Below are positions 41,448-52,624 of a DNA stretch of 64,000 nucleotides, piece by piece. Location: contig CAVVUS010000023.1 of NCBI GenBank assembly GCA_963751345.1, positions 192,001 through 256,000 of the forward strand, read 5' to 3'. The stretch comes from an uncultured Chloroflexia bacterium (GTDB lineage Bacteria; Chloroflexota; Anaerolineae; B4-G1; SLSP01). Each line of letters opens with the position of its first letter. Positions within the stretch are counted from its first letter, which is position 1. Under the pieces are notes generated by a model. It ran no database searches. It worked only from the letters and a program-made list of their open reading frames with translations, and was not told the DNA's origin. A program made the position numbers and the translations under genes.

Positions 41448-44400
41448 GTGCTTAGCCGTAAAATCCTAAACCTTCTGGTCCTGATATCCATGTTGGCGTC
41501 CCTCTTGGTTGTGGGTGGCGCGAGTCCTGCGAGCGCCGATAATGTACAGAGCCCCACCTGCTGCCCGCGACGAGCAGCGTCACGGCCTGCCCGATCAGGT
41601 CCAACGGACGAGACGAAGGTCCCGCACTACTTCGGCCCCTGGCCGAACTGGGCCAACAGCGCCTACACGCTGCCGGATGTCACCGTGACGATCAACGGCG
41701 ACGGTATCCGGCGCAACGGCGGCTGCCACGGTCGGGGGCAATGGTGCCGTCACCGGCGTCGAGATCACCAATCCCGGAAGTGGCTACACGTCCGCTACAG
41801 TTGACTATCAGGCGGCGCCGGCAGCGGAGCGGCGGCTGATGCCATGGTCACAACCTCGAGGCGCGGTCACCAGCATCAATGGTAACCGCGGCGGGCGGCG
41901 CATACACCGACCCCGTCGCGGCCTTCTCGGCGGGGGACGGGACCGGGCCGCGGCGACCGTCTACGGCGGCGTCGATGACGATCACATTGGTGACTGCGGG
42001 CAGCGGGTACACGATGCCTACCGTCGACTTCGATCTACCGGATGACCCCAACGGGACGATCGCCAAGGCACACGTCGATTGGGATCCGGTCACGGGCGTC
42101 ATTTCGGACGTCGTGGTGGATGATCCGGGGTCCGGGTACTCCTTTGCGCCGAACGTGGTTATCCGGGATGGTACCCAGTTCGAGCCCCTCAACACTCGTG
42201 CACTCAACGCCGCCAAAGCCGCCCGCGAGGCAGCTCTGGCCTCCCCGAGCGCGGATGCAGTCCCTTCCAGCGCCATAGCCCCCCTGGCCGTGCCGCGGAC
42301 GTTAATGCAACCGCCACCGCGACCTTGTTCGTCTCGGCGGTGAAGGTCGACACCAACGGCTCGGGGTACACGTCTGCACCGGCGGTGACCATCCTCGACG
42401 CGACCGGGATCGGCAGTGGTGCGGCAGCCACGGCGTTCACCGATATTGGCGCAGTCACTGCCATTACCCTGACCGCCGCCGGCTCGGGCTACGTCACGCC
42501 GGGCGGCATCCAGAAATTCCAGGATGGCCTGCCGATGCTGTGTGACCCCTCCGTCGGCTGCACCGACAATGACCTGGGGCAGCATGTCCCGCTCGCCGTG
42601 CCCGACACGACGACTTTCCCGGGTGCCGACTACTACGTGATCGCGCTGGTCCAGACGCGCGAGCAGATGAACTCGTCCCTACCTATCACGGGCACACTGC
42701 TACGCGAGTACGTGCAGCTCGAGACCGCCGATAATTTCTCCTGGAGCAAGCACGTCGCTCTGCGGACTGAAATGCTCGATGGCACATCCGTGCCGACCCT
42801 CATGCCCGACGGATCTCAAGCCGTTGCAGTTGACGATCCGCACTATCTGGGACCGATCATCCAGACACAGAAGGATCAGCCGGTCCGCATCCTCTTCTAC
42901 AACCTGCTGCCGACCGGAGCCGCCGGCGACCTGTTCTTCCCGATGGACTCCACCTTCATGGGCGCCGGGATGGGTCCGGAAGCTATGGATGCCATGCAGC
43001 CGGAGGATCTGGGCACCGTCATGGACCAGGTGCGCAACCCCATGTGCAGCGAGAAGATGACGCCCATGGAGCGCAGCCTGTGCTTCGCGGACACGCGGGC
43101 AAGCCTCCACCTTCACGGCGGCATCACCCCGTGGATCAGCGATGGCTCACCGCACCAGTGGATCACGCCGGCTAATGAGCAGACCGGCTACCCCGAGGGT
43201 GTCGCCGTCCGGCAGGTCCCGGATATGGTGGGACAGGCCGCGATCGATGCAGGCATCCCTGACTGCTCGGCGGCGAATGACGGCTGCATGACCTTCTACT
43301 ACACCAACCAGCAGAGCGCGCGGCTGATGTTCTATCACGACCACGCCTGGGGCATCACGCGGCTCAACGTGTACGCGGGCGAGGCTGCCGGCTATATCAT
43401 CCGCGACGCCACCGAGAAGGCGCTCATCGACGCCGGTGTGATCCCGAGCGGTGCCGACGAGATTCCGTTGATCGTTCAGGACAAGACCTTTGTCCCGAGC
43501 GCGGCCCAGATGGCAGAACAAGATCCCACGTGGGACTACAGCCGCTGGGGCAGTGAGGGCGACCTGTGGTACGAGCACGTTTATATGCCGGCCCAGAACC
43601 CCAACGACCCCTCGGGCCTGAGCACCGTAGGGCGCTGGTTCTATGGACCATGGTTCTGGCCACCCTCGTCCCCGACCTATCCGGCGATCGATAACCCGTA
43701 CTACAATAAGGATCCCGATGGCGCGGACAATATCCGGGGCAACGCAGACGACTGGTTGAACGACTTGGCAACGCCATGTCGCCTGGACGACCCCGCCACC
43801 TGGCAGTACGACACGGACCCCTACTGCGAGCCGCCCCAGATCCCCGGCACGCCGAACAACTCGGCCGGGATGGAGCAGTTCAACGACACGCCAACCGTCA
43901 ACGGTACCGCCTACCCGACGGTCACGCTCGAGCCGAAGGCGTACCGGTTCCGCATCCTTAACGCCGCCAACGACCGCTTCTTCAACTTCCAGTGGTACAT
44001 CGCCGACCCGACGACCGGGACCGATAGCGAGGTCGCGCTGGATCCCTCGCTCTTGGCGGCTGCACAGCTCGACCCGAACGTCTTCCCGGTTCCTCTCGAG
44101 AGCATGGTCATCAGCGGCACGACCGTCGATCTGAAGGGGCCGGACTGGATCCAGATCGGCACCGAGGGCGGCTTCCTGCCGGCACCGGTGGTGGTGGACG
44201 GTCAGCAGGAGACCACCTGGATCATCGACCCGACCCGGTTCGACGTCGGCAATGTGGATAAGCACTCGCATGTTGGTGGCGCCTGCCGAGCGGACCGACG
44301 TGATCGTCGACTTCTCGCAGTTCGCGGGGAAGACGCTGATCCTCTACAATGACGCGCCCGCAGCGTTCCCGGCACGCATCTCCACCTACGACTACTACAC

Positions 44401-46352
44401 CGGCGCCCCGGACCTCAGCCCGGCAGGCGCTCCTACCGACCTTGCCCGGGTACGGGCCGAACACCCGCACCATCATGCAGGTCGTGATCACGAACACATC
44501 CACCCCGGCGCCTAGGTACGACCTGCGCGCACTCCAGCGCTGCCTTCCGCCATCACGCGATGGCTCGGGCGTCTTCGAGTCCGGCCAGAATCCGACCATC
44601 GTCGGGCAAGCCGGCTACAACTCAGCCTACGGCACGGACTTCGTCTCCGGAAGCTGGTGTAACGATCCCGCGGCGCCCCCAGACACACCGTGTGATGGTT
44701 TCGCGCGGATCAGCGAGCAGGGCCACGATATGTTCAAGTTCGACACCCTGATCGGCATCCAAAGCGGCACCCAGATCAGTGTCAGCATCGAGCCTAAGGC
44801 CATCCATGACGAGACGAACGCCACGAACTTCGAGCCGTGGGGCCGGATGTCGGGCAACCTAGGCGTCGAGGCCGTCCCCGCCACACCACTGGGGCAGACC
44901 ATCGTGCTGTACCCGTTCGTGAACCCGCCGACCGAGCTCTTCGACGCCACGAACTTGCCGACGACCGACACGGTGACGCCGATCGCGGTAGCGGATGACG
45001 GGACCCAGATCTGGAAGTTCACGCACAACGGCGTGGACACGCACCCGATCCACTTCCACCTCTACGACCTCCAGCTGCTCAACCGGGTGACGTGGGATAA
45101 CATCGTCATCGCGCCCGAACCCGGAGAACTCGGCTGGAAGGACACGGTGCGGGTGAGCCCGTTGGAAGACACCTACTTCGCCATCCGGCCGATCATCCCG
45201 GTCATCCCATGGGAGATCCCGAACAGCATCCGACCGCTCAGCCCGGAGATGCCGCTCGGCAGCACCGGGGAACCAGGGATGTTCAACTCGACCGACGCGA
45301 ATGGGAACCCAACCGACCCGATCGTCAACAAGCTGGTCAACTTCGGCTGGGAGTACATGATGCACTGTCACATCCTCTCGCACGAGGAGATGGATATGAT
45401 GCGACCGCAGGTCGGTGGCTGTACCGCCGGTCGCGCCGGATGGGCTGGCCTACACGATCAGCGGGAGCAACCTCGGTCCTGAGCTGGAACGACAACTCGA
45501 TCAGCGAGACGGGGTACGGCGTCCAGCGGTCCACAGATGGCGGTCTGACCTGGAACAATCTGGGGGTCGTCGACTCGCCGCTGAACGTGCCGAACACCAG
45601 TGGTACCACGCGTTCCTACATCGACACCTCGCGCGTGCAGGGCACGGCCTACACCTATCGGGTCCTCGCCCTCAACACCGTCGGCTACGGTGGCGCGTAC
45701 CCGTCCATGACGGTGCAGTCGGCATCGCCGACGCTGCTGGTGGGCGCGCCGGCGGCGCCGTCGAATGTGAACGCCACGGCTGCACCATCGGGAGGCTACG
45801 CCACGGTCACGGTGACGTGGACGGACAACTGCCAGCAACGAGACCTCCTTCACGATTCAGCGGGCGACTGATGCAGCCTTCACCACTGGTCTGCTCACGC
45901 GCAACGTAGCGGCCAACAGCACTACATATACGACGGGAATCCTGCCAGTGGGGGTGGACTTCTACTTCAGGGTCAGGGCGAATAACGCGATAGGGTCATC
46001 CGCGTGGGTGAACGCGGTCCCGTTCCCGATACATGTCACACCAGCGACCGTTCCTGCGGCTCCATCCAACGTAGATGTGCAGCTGTGGTGCGCATCCGCG
46101 GGGCCTATGCGACGGTCACGCTGACCTGGACGGATAACTCCAACAATGAGAGCCGACTTCACAATCCAGCGCGCCATCGATGCGGCCTTCACCGCGGGCG
46201 TACTACACGCTAGGGGCGGCTGCCAACAGTGTCACCTATCTACGTCAGGACAGTCCCCGTGGCCTTAACTTCTACTACAGGATCCGCGCGAACAACGCGG
46301 CAGGGTCATCTGCTTGGGTCAACGCACGCCGTTCCCTGTCCCCACGCCTTAG
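41448..46352 (+). CDS. Large secreted multicopper oxidase (CotA/bilirubin oxidase-like) with N-terminal GSGY repeats and C-terminal FN3 repeats (several frameshifts)
   Basis: Signal peptide ending ASA. Copper motifs HLHGG, FYHDH, HPIHFH and HCHILSHEEMDMM. FN3-type LSWNDNS..ETGYGVQRS, YTYRVLA and WTDNSNNE. Confidence 0.85.
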
Positions 46353-46586
46353 CTAGGCTAGGACTCAGGCTGGCCGCCGTCGGCTAGCGCGGTCACTGCG
46401 CGAACCGAGTGCGTACAGGCAGCGGAGGGCGGTACGAGTACACATCGCAGGTGCAGATTGAAGGGAGCGGCAAGTCAGCTGTGGCCATAGCCTACGGGGA
46501 GCTTGTGCCAGAGCGGCTGATGGTAGCGTAGCCATAGATTGCGATGTACAATTCGAGGCGTAGCGATCGACATACAGGAGGAAGCG

Positions 46587-46841
46587 ATGGACCACCAATA
46601 GAGCAACCAGCCGGATGTGTCAGACGAGCGGTTTCAGGGCTGCCCACAGGAGAAGCTGGTCTGGCATGCACCGAAGTGCTTTGCCTTGGGCGTGAGAGCA
46701 ACGCGTGGCGGGCACGGTCACGAGGTCGATACGGGGGGGCAGACCTACACCTTCACTCGGCTGCCCCACATCGATATGGGCTACCTGCCTTGTGCGCATC
46801 CCGACCGGATCACGGATAGCCGATCGGGAATACGTTGCTAG
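46587..46841 (+). CDS. Putative lasso peptide precursor (A)
   Basis: SD AGGAGG then ATG 46587 (in-frame TAG at codon 5; open from GTG 46617). Leader KLVWHAPKCFALGVRATR fits [YW]xxP....L....T(-2). Core begins GGHGHEVD with Asp8. Confidence 0.7.
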
Positions 46842-46984
46842 GCTGAAAGGCCTAGTGACGTCAGCTTGGTGTCAGCATAGGGCGACCTGCCCAGTTGTCG
46901 TGGAAGATTAACACCAGCAGCGCTCTGCCGTGGGGGGCCCAACTCAGGCGTCAGTGGCGATGTTGATTAAGCATAGTCAAGTTC

Positions 46985-47015
46985 ACCGGCGGCACGAACC
47001 TTTCGTGCCGCCGGT
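46985..47015. terminator. Hairpin between convergent precursor and cyclase genes
   Basis: Perfect 14-bp inverted repeat ACCGGCGGCACGAA / TTCGTGCCGCCGGT with loop CCT. Confidence 0.6.
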
Positions 47016-47049
47016 TGCATGTCGGCTCGTTAGGGGAGGCGGCACTCGG

Positions 47050-48933
47050 GTTCAGGGCCACCAGGTGACCGCCCACAGAACACCGGATTCGCCCAGCTTG
47101 CCATCGCCGGTGCCGTCCCTGACCATTATGGCTAGGGTTTGCGTAACCCGGTCTGCTTCCACGAAGCGCGGTCTCCCTTCAGTCTAGAGGCGGTGCTGCA
47201 GTCTAGCCAAGAGGATCTTGAGCACCGGAGCGATGCTGTCTCTGCTTGTGCAGCAATGGCTGTGTCAGTCTTTGAATCGAACCAGCGAACGCTCTCTGGG
47301 AGGATGCCACCGAGCTAAGCCGATAGAGATAGCGCCGCACGCCATGTCGGACGAACATCGTCGGCGGGAGGCCCAGCGCAAACTCAACGACACGACGGTC
47401 GAGGAGCGGGAATCGATAGACAATGCCGTGCTCTGCTCCGTGGGATGCCCGAGATTCGGCGCGCCACGTTAGGTGCCCGCGCCGTAGCAGCGCGATCTGC
47501 GTGCCCCGAACGCTTGATCGAGCGACCTGACGGGGCAGTCGCCGATGCCGGCGCTCTGGAGGGCTTCTGCGAGTTCCGGCGACAGGAACAGAGAACACCT
47601 GCGCCAGTGATGCGATTCGATCCTCGGTTGGGCGTTGGCGAACCGCCCGGAGGACCAAGTTCGGGCATCATAGGGCGTAGCAACGTGGCAGCTACGGTGC
47701 GGACGGTCGCGCGATCCTGCACCTTGGCTTCCCGCCACAAGCGTACCCCACTTCCCGCGCCAGAACAAGTCCGCATAGAAACCACGGCCGTTGAAGGACG
47801 CGAGTTCGTCGCCGCCCCAGCCCGACAACAGAACACGGACCCCGGACTCGCTGGCCAGACGGTTCACGGTGAGCTCCATCCGGGCCGTGACGGCAGGACG
47901 CGTCGTGATATCGCGATCAAAGAGCGCAATCCAGTCGCCGGTCGTGGCCGCGGCATAGCGTATTGGCATGTCTTCCTGCCGGCTGATCTCGTCGACACGG
48001 TGCCGCTCATCGTCGAGGCCCAGTGAGGCTCCGGTCCTCAACCGGAGGCGACCAGGAGAAGCCAGCAGCTATATCTTTGCTTTGCGCCCGGAGCGCGCGT
48101 GCTGCCAGGACCGCTACCGAGGACGAGTCTAGGCCGCCGCTGATGTGCGCACCCACCGGGTAGGATGAGCGGACTCGGCATTCGACGGCTTTCGTCAGAA
48201 GTTCTCGCAACGCGTCAGCGTAGGCCGCGTCCGAGGGCAGCCGCACGGCTCGCGCATGCTCGGGATGCCAGTACTGCCACTGTTTGAGTCCGTCCTGGCC
48301 CACCGACAGGGCATGCGCCGGCGGGAGCTTCGCGACCTGAGCGTAGAAGCTGCGCGCCAGGTGCACGGTAGGGTTCTGGCTCATGTAACCAGCAAGGGTG
48401 GCAATGTCGAGCACTGGCTCGATGCCCTCGAAGGCAAGCATCCCTCTGACATCCGTTGCGAAGCAGAAGCCGGTCTGGGTTGCGTGGTAGTGGAAGGGCA
48501 TCACACCGAAGATGTCGCGCGCACAGAACAGCCTCCGCAGGCGCGCATCCCAGATGGCGAAGGCGAAGTCGCCCAGCAGGTGCTCCGGCGTCGCCTCGCC
48601 CCACTTCTGGTAGGCCAGCAGGATGAGCCGGCTGTCGGGCATCGCGGGCCTTCTTGCGGCGTCACCCGTAGCGCGCCGAAGAGCTCGTCGCGGTTGTCGA
48701 TCCGCGCATCGGCCGTGATCGTGAGCCCGGCGACAGCATCGTGGTAGGGCAGGCGCTCGACCTGCGACTCGGGGGTCACCCACATCATCTGGTGGCCCAG
48801 CGCGGCACTGCCCTCACACCAGACACCTGACCCATCCACGGCGTAGTGGCGCCATCGCGGCCATCGGTGCCGCCAGGTCGGCCGGGGAGGCGGGCCTGCC
48901 GTCGAATCGGACGATCCCGCAGATCGCGCTCAA
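47050..48933 (-). CDS. Lasso peptide cyclase C (asparagine synthase-like; several frameshifts, 3' end approximate)
   Basis: TTG start MSAICGIVRFDG (Ser in place of the Ntn Cys), TADARIDNR, LLGDFAFAIWD, ARDIFG, HISGGLDSSSV, LSGWGGDE, YRFPLLDRRVVEFALGLP. Confidence 0.85.
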
Positions 48934-49383
48934 GGGGTCACGCCCCTTTCGTCTGCAAAGCTGTTGACAACACAGAATCGCTGACGTCCGGCCCCGCCGA
49001 TGACGATGGTCTCGCCACATCGGAGCCACGCGTGCGCGTCCAGAGCCACCCCATCGGCTTTAGCGACACCCAGGTAGAGGGTGCTGGGAAGGCCGCGCCG
49101 GTGGAGCATCCGCTGGGCGGCGATAGCCTGGTCGAAGCAGTAGGATCTTCCACGGGACATACCGCCGGACCGCGCGGATGGCCCACCCAGACGCGTGGCA
49201 GCCTGCTGGTCCGGCGCACCTCGTGCGGGGACTCCGCCATCTGCTGTCCCAGGTGCTGGCGCGATGGTTCGGAAGGGCAGCACCACCACGGCCAGCCGCG
49301 CGACCGCCAGCCAGAGGGTGGCCTCCACGACCAACCGCCGATCAGCCGGTGGCAGGGAGCGGCGTCCGGACCTTACGGGCCAA
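48930..49383 (-). CDS. Lasso peptide leader peptidase B2 (transglutaminase-like)
   Basis: EATLWLAVARLAVVVLPFR, CFDQAIAAQRMLHRRG, LYLGVAK, DAHAWL. Stop overlaps the cyclase start (TTGA). Start approximate. Confidence 0.88.
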
Positions 49384-49663
49384 CGATCTCCAGGAGTTCG
49401 GCATCCAGCAGCACGCCCAGGAACTGGTTGACGTCGCGACGGCAAGTGTCGGCGTCGACGTCGTAGGTGTCCATCAGCTGGTCGCAGATCGAGGACACCG
49501 AGCACGGCGACCCCACAATGTCCCAGATACGCGTGCCGATATCATCAAAGCCGTAGTACATGCCCTTGTCGACGTTCATCGCAGCCGTCTCGTTACCCAC
49601 CGGTGCTGAGATCGACCCGGGCCGTCGCACAACCACGGTATCCAGCGTGAGCCCAGCAGTCAT
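49373..49663 (-). CDS. PqqD-family RiPP recognition element (lasso B1)
   Basis: MNVDKGMYYGFDDIGTRIWD..SICDQLMDTYDVDADTCRRDVNQFL. Confidence 0.9.
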   Translation of the reverse strand: MTAGLTLDTVVVRRPGSISAPVGNETAAMNVDKGMYYGFDDIGTRIWDIVGSPCSVSSICDQLMDTYDVDADTCRRDVNQFLGVLLDAELLEIVGP

Positions 49664-49725
49664 TCGGCTCAAGGATTCCTCCTATGCAATCGAGTTGTTG
49701 CCAGCGGGTCGGCTGGCGATCGGCC

Positions 49726-50608
49726 CTAGAAGGCCGGGTAGCCGTCATCTGTCAGGTAGCCGAACCGGCGCATCACATCGCCGTGCGCTGCGATGATGCT
49801 CGCGACGTGGTCGGATGTGAGCGCCTCCCGCCACGTCCCCACCTCGCCCCTCCGGAAGAACGACGTCGCGAGCGGCATCTTCTCACCGAAGCCATGCTCC
49901 TGCTCCTGACGCCGTAGCTCGTGGAAGCTGGAGAAGGCCAGGGCTTTCTCAATACGCGCGACATCATCCTCAAGTCCCAGGTAACGGACAGCCCACGAAA
50001 GGTCTCCAGCGTCCGCGCCTTCATATCCTCGTAGCGCACGACGTGGACGTCAAGGGATGGCTCGTCGACCCAGCTGACGACGTGCCCGCTCCAGGTGAGC
50101 AGGCGCTGCCGCAGTTGGTTGTACAGCCGGTCCTCGCGATCGACAAAGGCGAATTCAGGGTCGTTCATCTTCGCGATCATCTTGTCCACCGAGGTTGCGC
50201 TGTGATGTGCAAAGGAGACGGCAACGTCCAGGGGGTTGCGGATGAGGTAGAGCACGCCCTTAGTGGCCTCCGACGGAACGAGGGGCGATCCGTCTGGGTG
50301 TGTAGGTGAAAGCGTCGTGGATCTTCAGGTAGAGGGTCTCACTGCTGTTAGCAGCGACCTGCACGGTAGACCCTAGGCCGGTAACGCTCGATCTCGTCCT
50401 GCGTCAGGTCCGAGGCCTCGACGCCCACGGCTTCGTCGAAGATGGTGCGGGCACTGGCGATGGGGCCCCCTGTATCCAGGCTGTTGATGTCGACGGGCTT
50501 GTCGCCATCGGCAAGGTAGTTGCTCAGGAAGGCGCGCATCCACGTGTTGCCCGACTTGGGGTAGGAGGCCAGCCAGACGATGCGGCGAGCGCCAGGGGCG
50601 TCAGTCAC
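49726..50608 (-). CDS. PAPS-dependent sulfotransferase (Sulfotransfer_1; frameshifted)
   Basis: WLASYPKSGNTW (5'-PSB loop), KIHDAF, YLIRNPLDVAVS (3'-PB), RYEDM, FFRRGEVGTWRE. Confidence 0.85.
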
Positions 50609-51534
50609 GCGGCCCTCTCCCATCAAGTCCTCCTCAACAGCTGAAGCCAGCTCATCGAGCAGGTAGGGGTGCGTGGGTCGCGTCACGCGTACAACGCGGG
50701 CGGCGTTGGCCGCCATCGCCACCAGGCTGAAGTGTTCGACGCGCATGGCCAGTCCATCCAGGAAGCGGCCCCGGTAGGTGTTGTGAAGGAGGACCCCGAA
50801 CTTGCGCGCATCCTCGACCGGCGCCAGCAGGAGCTCCTGCCTTGTTGTGCGTCTGCAGCAGGTAGACCGCGTACAGAGGCAGCGGTTCGCGAGCGAACTG
50901 GGCTTCGAGCGGTACGGCGTACTTGTCAAGCTGGGGGCGGACGCGGCGCAGTGAGTCCGTGTCGAGCTCGAGTCTCCTGGCCGCATCCGCCCAGAGCTTG
51001 GTCTGGGGATAGCCCGGCAGCACGATTGGGGTGGCCGTACCATCGGTCGTGGGCGCAATCGCGCAGACGTCGTCGGCAAGGAGCCGGTAGCCACGCTGCC
51101 ACAGCGCCGCGGCGAGCGTCGACTTGCCACTGCCGGAGGTCCCGGAGATCAGGACGGCCCCCTTCGGCGTCTCGATCGCGCTTGCGTGGATAACGAGCAG
51201 CCCGCGCTGATGGAGCAGGGCAGCCGAGAGCCGAGCCCAGCAGGAAGAGCCGGATCTCGTCATCGGTGGCGCCAGGTACGGGTTCGACCACGATGTCCCG
51301 CCCGTCCGTCACGTAGTAGCCCGCGATGGCATCCAGCCTGAGCAGGAACTCGTTCGGCTTGGCCTGATAGAGCACCCCGGTGCCGACCGGGTCGTCAAGC
51401 TCCTGAGGAACCTGACCTAGGCGGATCCGGACGGCATCCTCCGGCACGTCCTGCAGGGGGAGGGGGAGGAGCTCCGGGAGCTCGAAGTCGGAGATGATGG
51501 TCAGTCCGTAGGCGGTGTATGTATAGGGCGTCAT
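50605..51534 (-). CDS. HPr kinase-like lasso peptide kinase (PadeK-like; frameshifts near 51230 and 50840)
   Basis: YTAYGLTIISDFELPEL, RLFLLGS, LLHQRG..IHASA, GTSGSGKSTLA Walker A, LLADD, PGYPQTKLW. Confidence 0.85.
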
Positions 51535-51570
51535 TGCTCTTACGTGTCCAATGGCTCCAGTATTGGGCGC

Positions 51571-51579
51571 ATTATAGCA
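51571..51579 (-). promoter_or_regulatory. Extended -10 element for the lasso maturation operon
   Basis: Minus strand TGCTATAAT, 36 nt upstream of the kinase ATG. Confidence 0.5.
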
Positions 51580-51774
51580 GGTCCCGCGCGCGCCACAACC
51601 CCAAGTGGCGCGGCTAGCGCGCTCACGGCATGGAGCCTTGCCAGGTCTCGGCGTGACGTCAAGGCACCTTCGCCCACGCAAGATCTGCGGCCGCACAGGG
51701 CAGGCTAACCCTCGCAAGATCGGCCCTAGTGCAAGATCAGGCGACGTGTTCGGGAAAGCCACGACGGTCGGCGA

Positions 51775-51830
51775 AGACCTTTGGGGTTTCCTTCGAGCGG
51801 TACCTGACTCGAAGGAAACCCCAAAGGTCT
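51775..51830. repeat. Long perfect inverted repeat (REP-like or terminator)
   Basis: 23-bp arms AGACCTTTGGGGTTTCCTTCGAG / CTCGAAGGAAACCCCAAAGGTCT with a 10-nt loop. Related copies at 11703, 23925 and 60310. Confidence 0.75.
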
Positions 51831-52601
51831 CAGCGCGGGCGAGGGGGTCCATTCCCGAGGATCTCTTCTGTCTTTGCACTAGCTGCCCTTCTCTCCTCCG
51901 CATACACGTGCCCCGCCATGATCGCGCGGACCTGCTTGGCGGTCGTGGCGCGGTGGAGCGCGCCCATCCGCTCGGCCTCCTCGTCGCGGAGCTTGCGGAC
52001 GTTGTCGAGGACGGCCTCCAGCTTGTCGGCCGGGAACTTGACGGCGCCGTTCTCGTCCATGTGGATGATCTCGCCGGGCGCGACGTCCATCCCCGCGACG
52101 TGGACCGGGACGTTGATGGCGTGGATCGCCTGGGGGCCGTGGCCCGGGCAGACGCCGCTTGTCAGGTACTGGAAGCCCATCGGGCGGATCTCGTCGATGT
52201 CGCGCGAGGGGCCGTTGGTGATCGCGCCGATGCAGCCCACGGCCTGCATCGCCGAGGTCATGTTGCCGCCGGACAAGCCCACCTTGCCCGCGATCTCGGG
52301 CGGGAAGCGCTGCTCGAAGACGAAGATCGTGGGCTTTGGGCGACGCCTCCATCGCGTCGATCACGTCCATGAACGAGAGCCCGGGGAAGTTGGGGTCGGG
52401 CAGGCCGTAGACGCAGGTCACGGCATAGCCGGCGATGGCGCCCATCTCCGGGTACCAGCACCGTAGCCGCTGGTCGGTGTACCAGTTCATCGTCCATGGG
52501 TTGTAGAGCCCCAGGCAGAGCGGGTTGCCGGGGTACGTCGCCACGACGTTGGTGATGGACGGCGTGTCGAATTCGCGAAGCGCGGTCAGTAGGTCAGTCA
52601 T
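51830..52601 (-). CDS. RraA/HMG-CHA aldolase family protein (frameshift near 52335)
   Basis: LREFDTPSITN, IAGYAVT, GGNM, GCIGAITNGPSRDIDE, VHVAGMDVAPGEIIHMDENGAV. Confidence 0.8.
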
Positions 52602-52624
52602 GTCAAACTCCTTTCAGTCGTTCC

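Noticed and set aside
41690-42500. Phage tail or prophage remnant suggested by GSGY repeats
   Set aside because: The repeats sit between a signal peptide and the oxidase domains; no phage genes or integrase are nearby.
46842-47050. Additional lasso precursors
   Set aside because: No second [YW]xxP..L..T leader with an SD was found by eye here or at 51535-51830.
47050-48933. Housekeeping asparagine synthetase AsnB
   Set aside because: It lacks the N-terminal catalytic Cys and is translationally coupled to B2 and RRE genes.
49373-49663. PQQ biosynthesis
   Set aside because: No pqqABCE or radical SAM gene nearby; the context is lasso.
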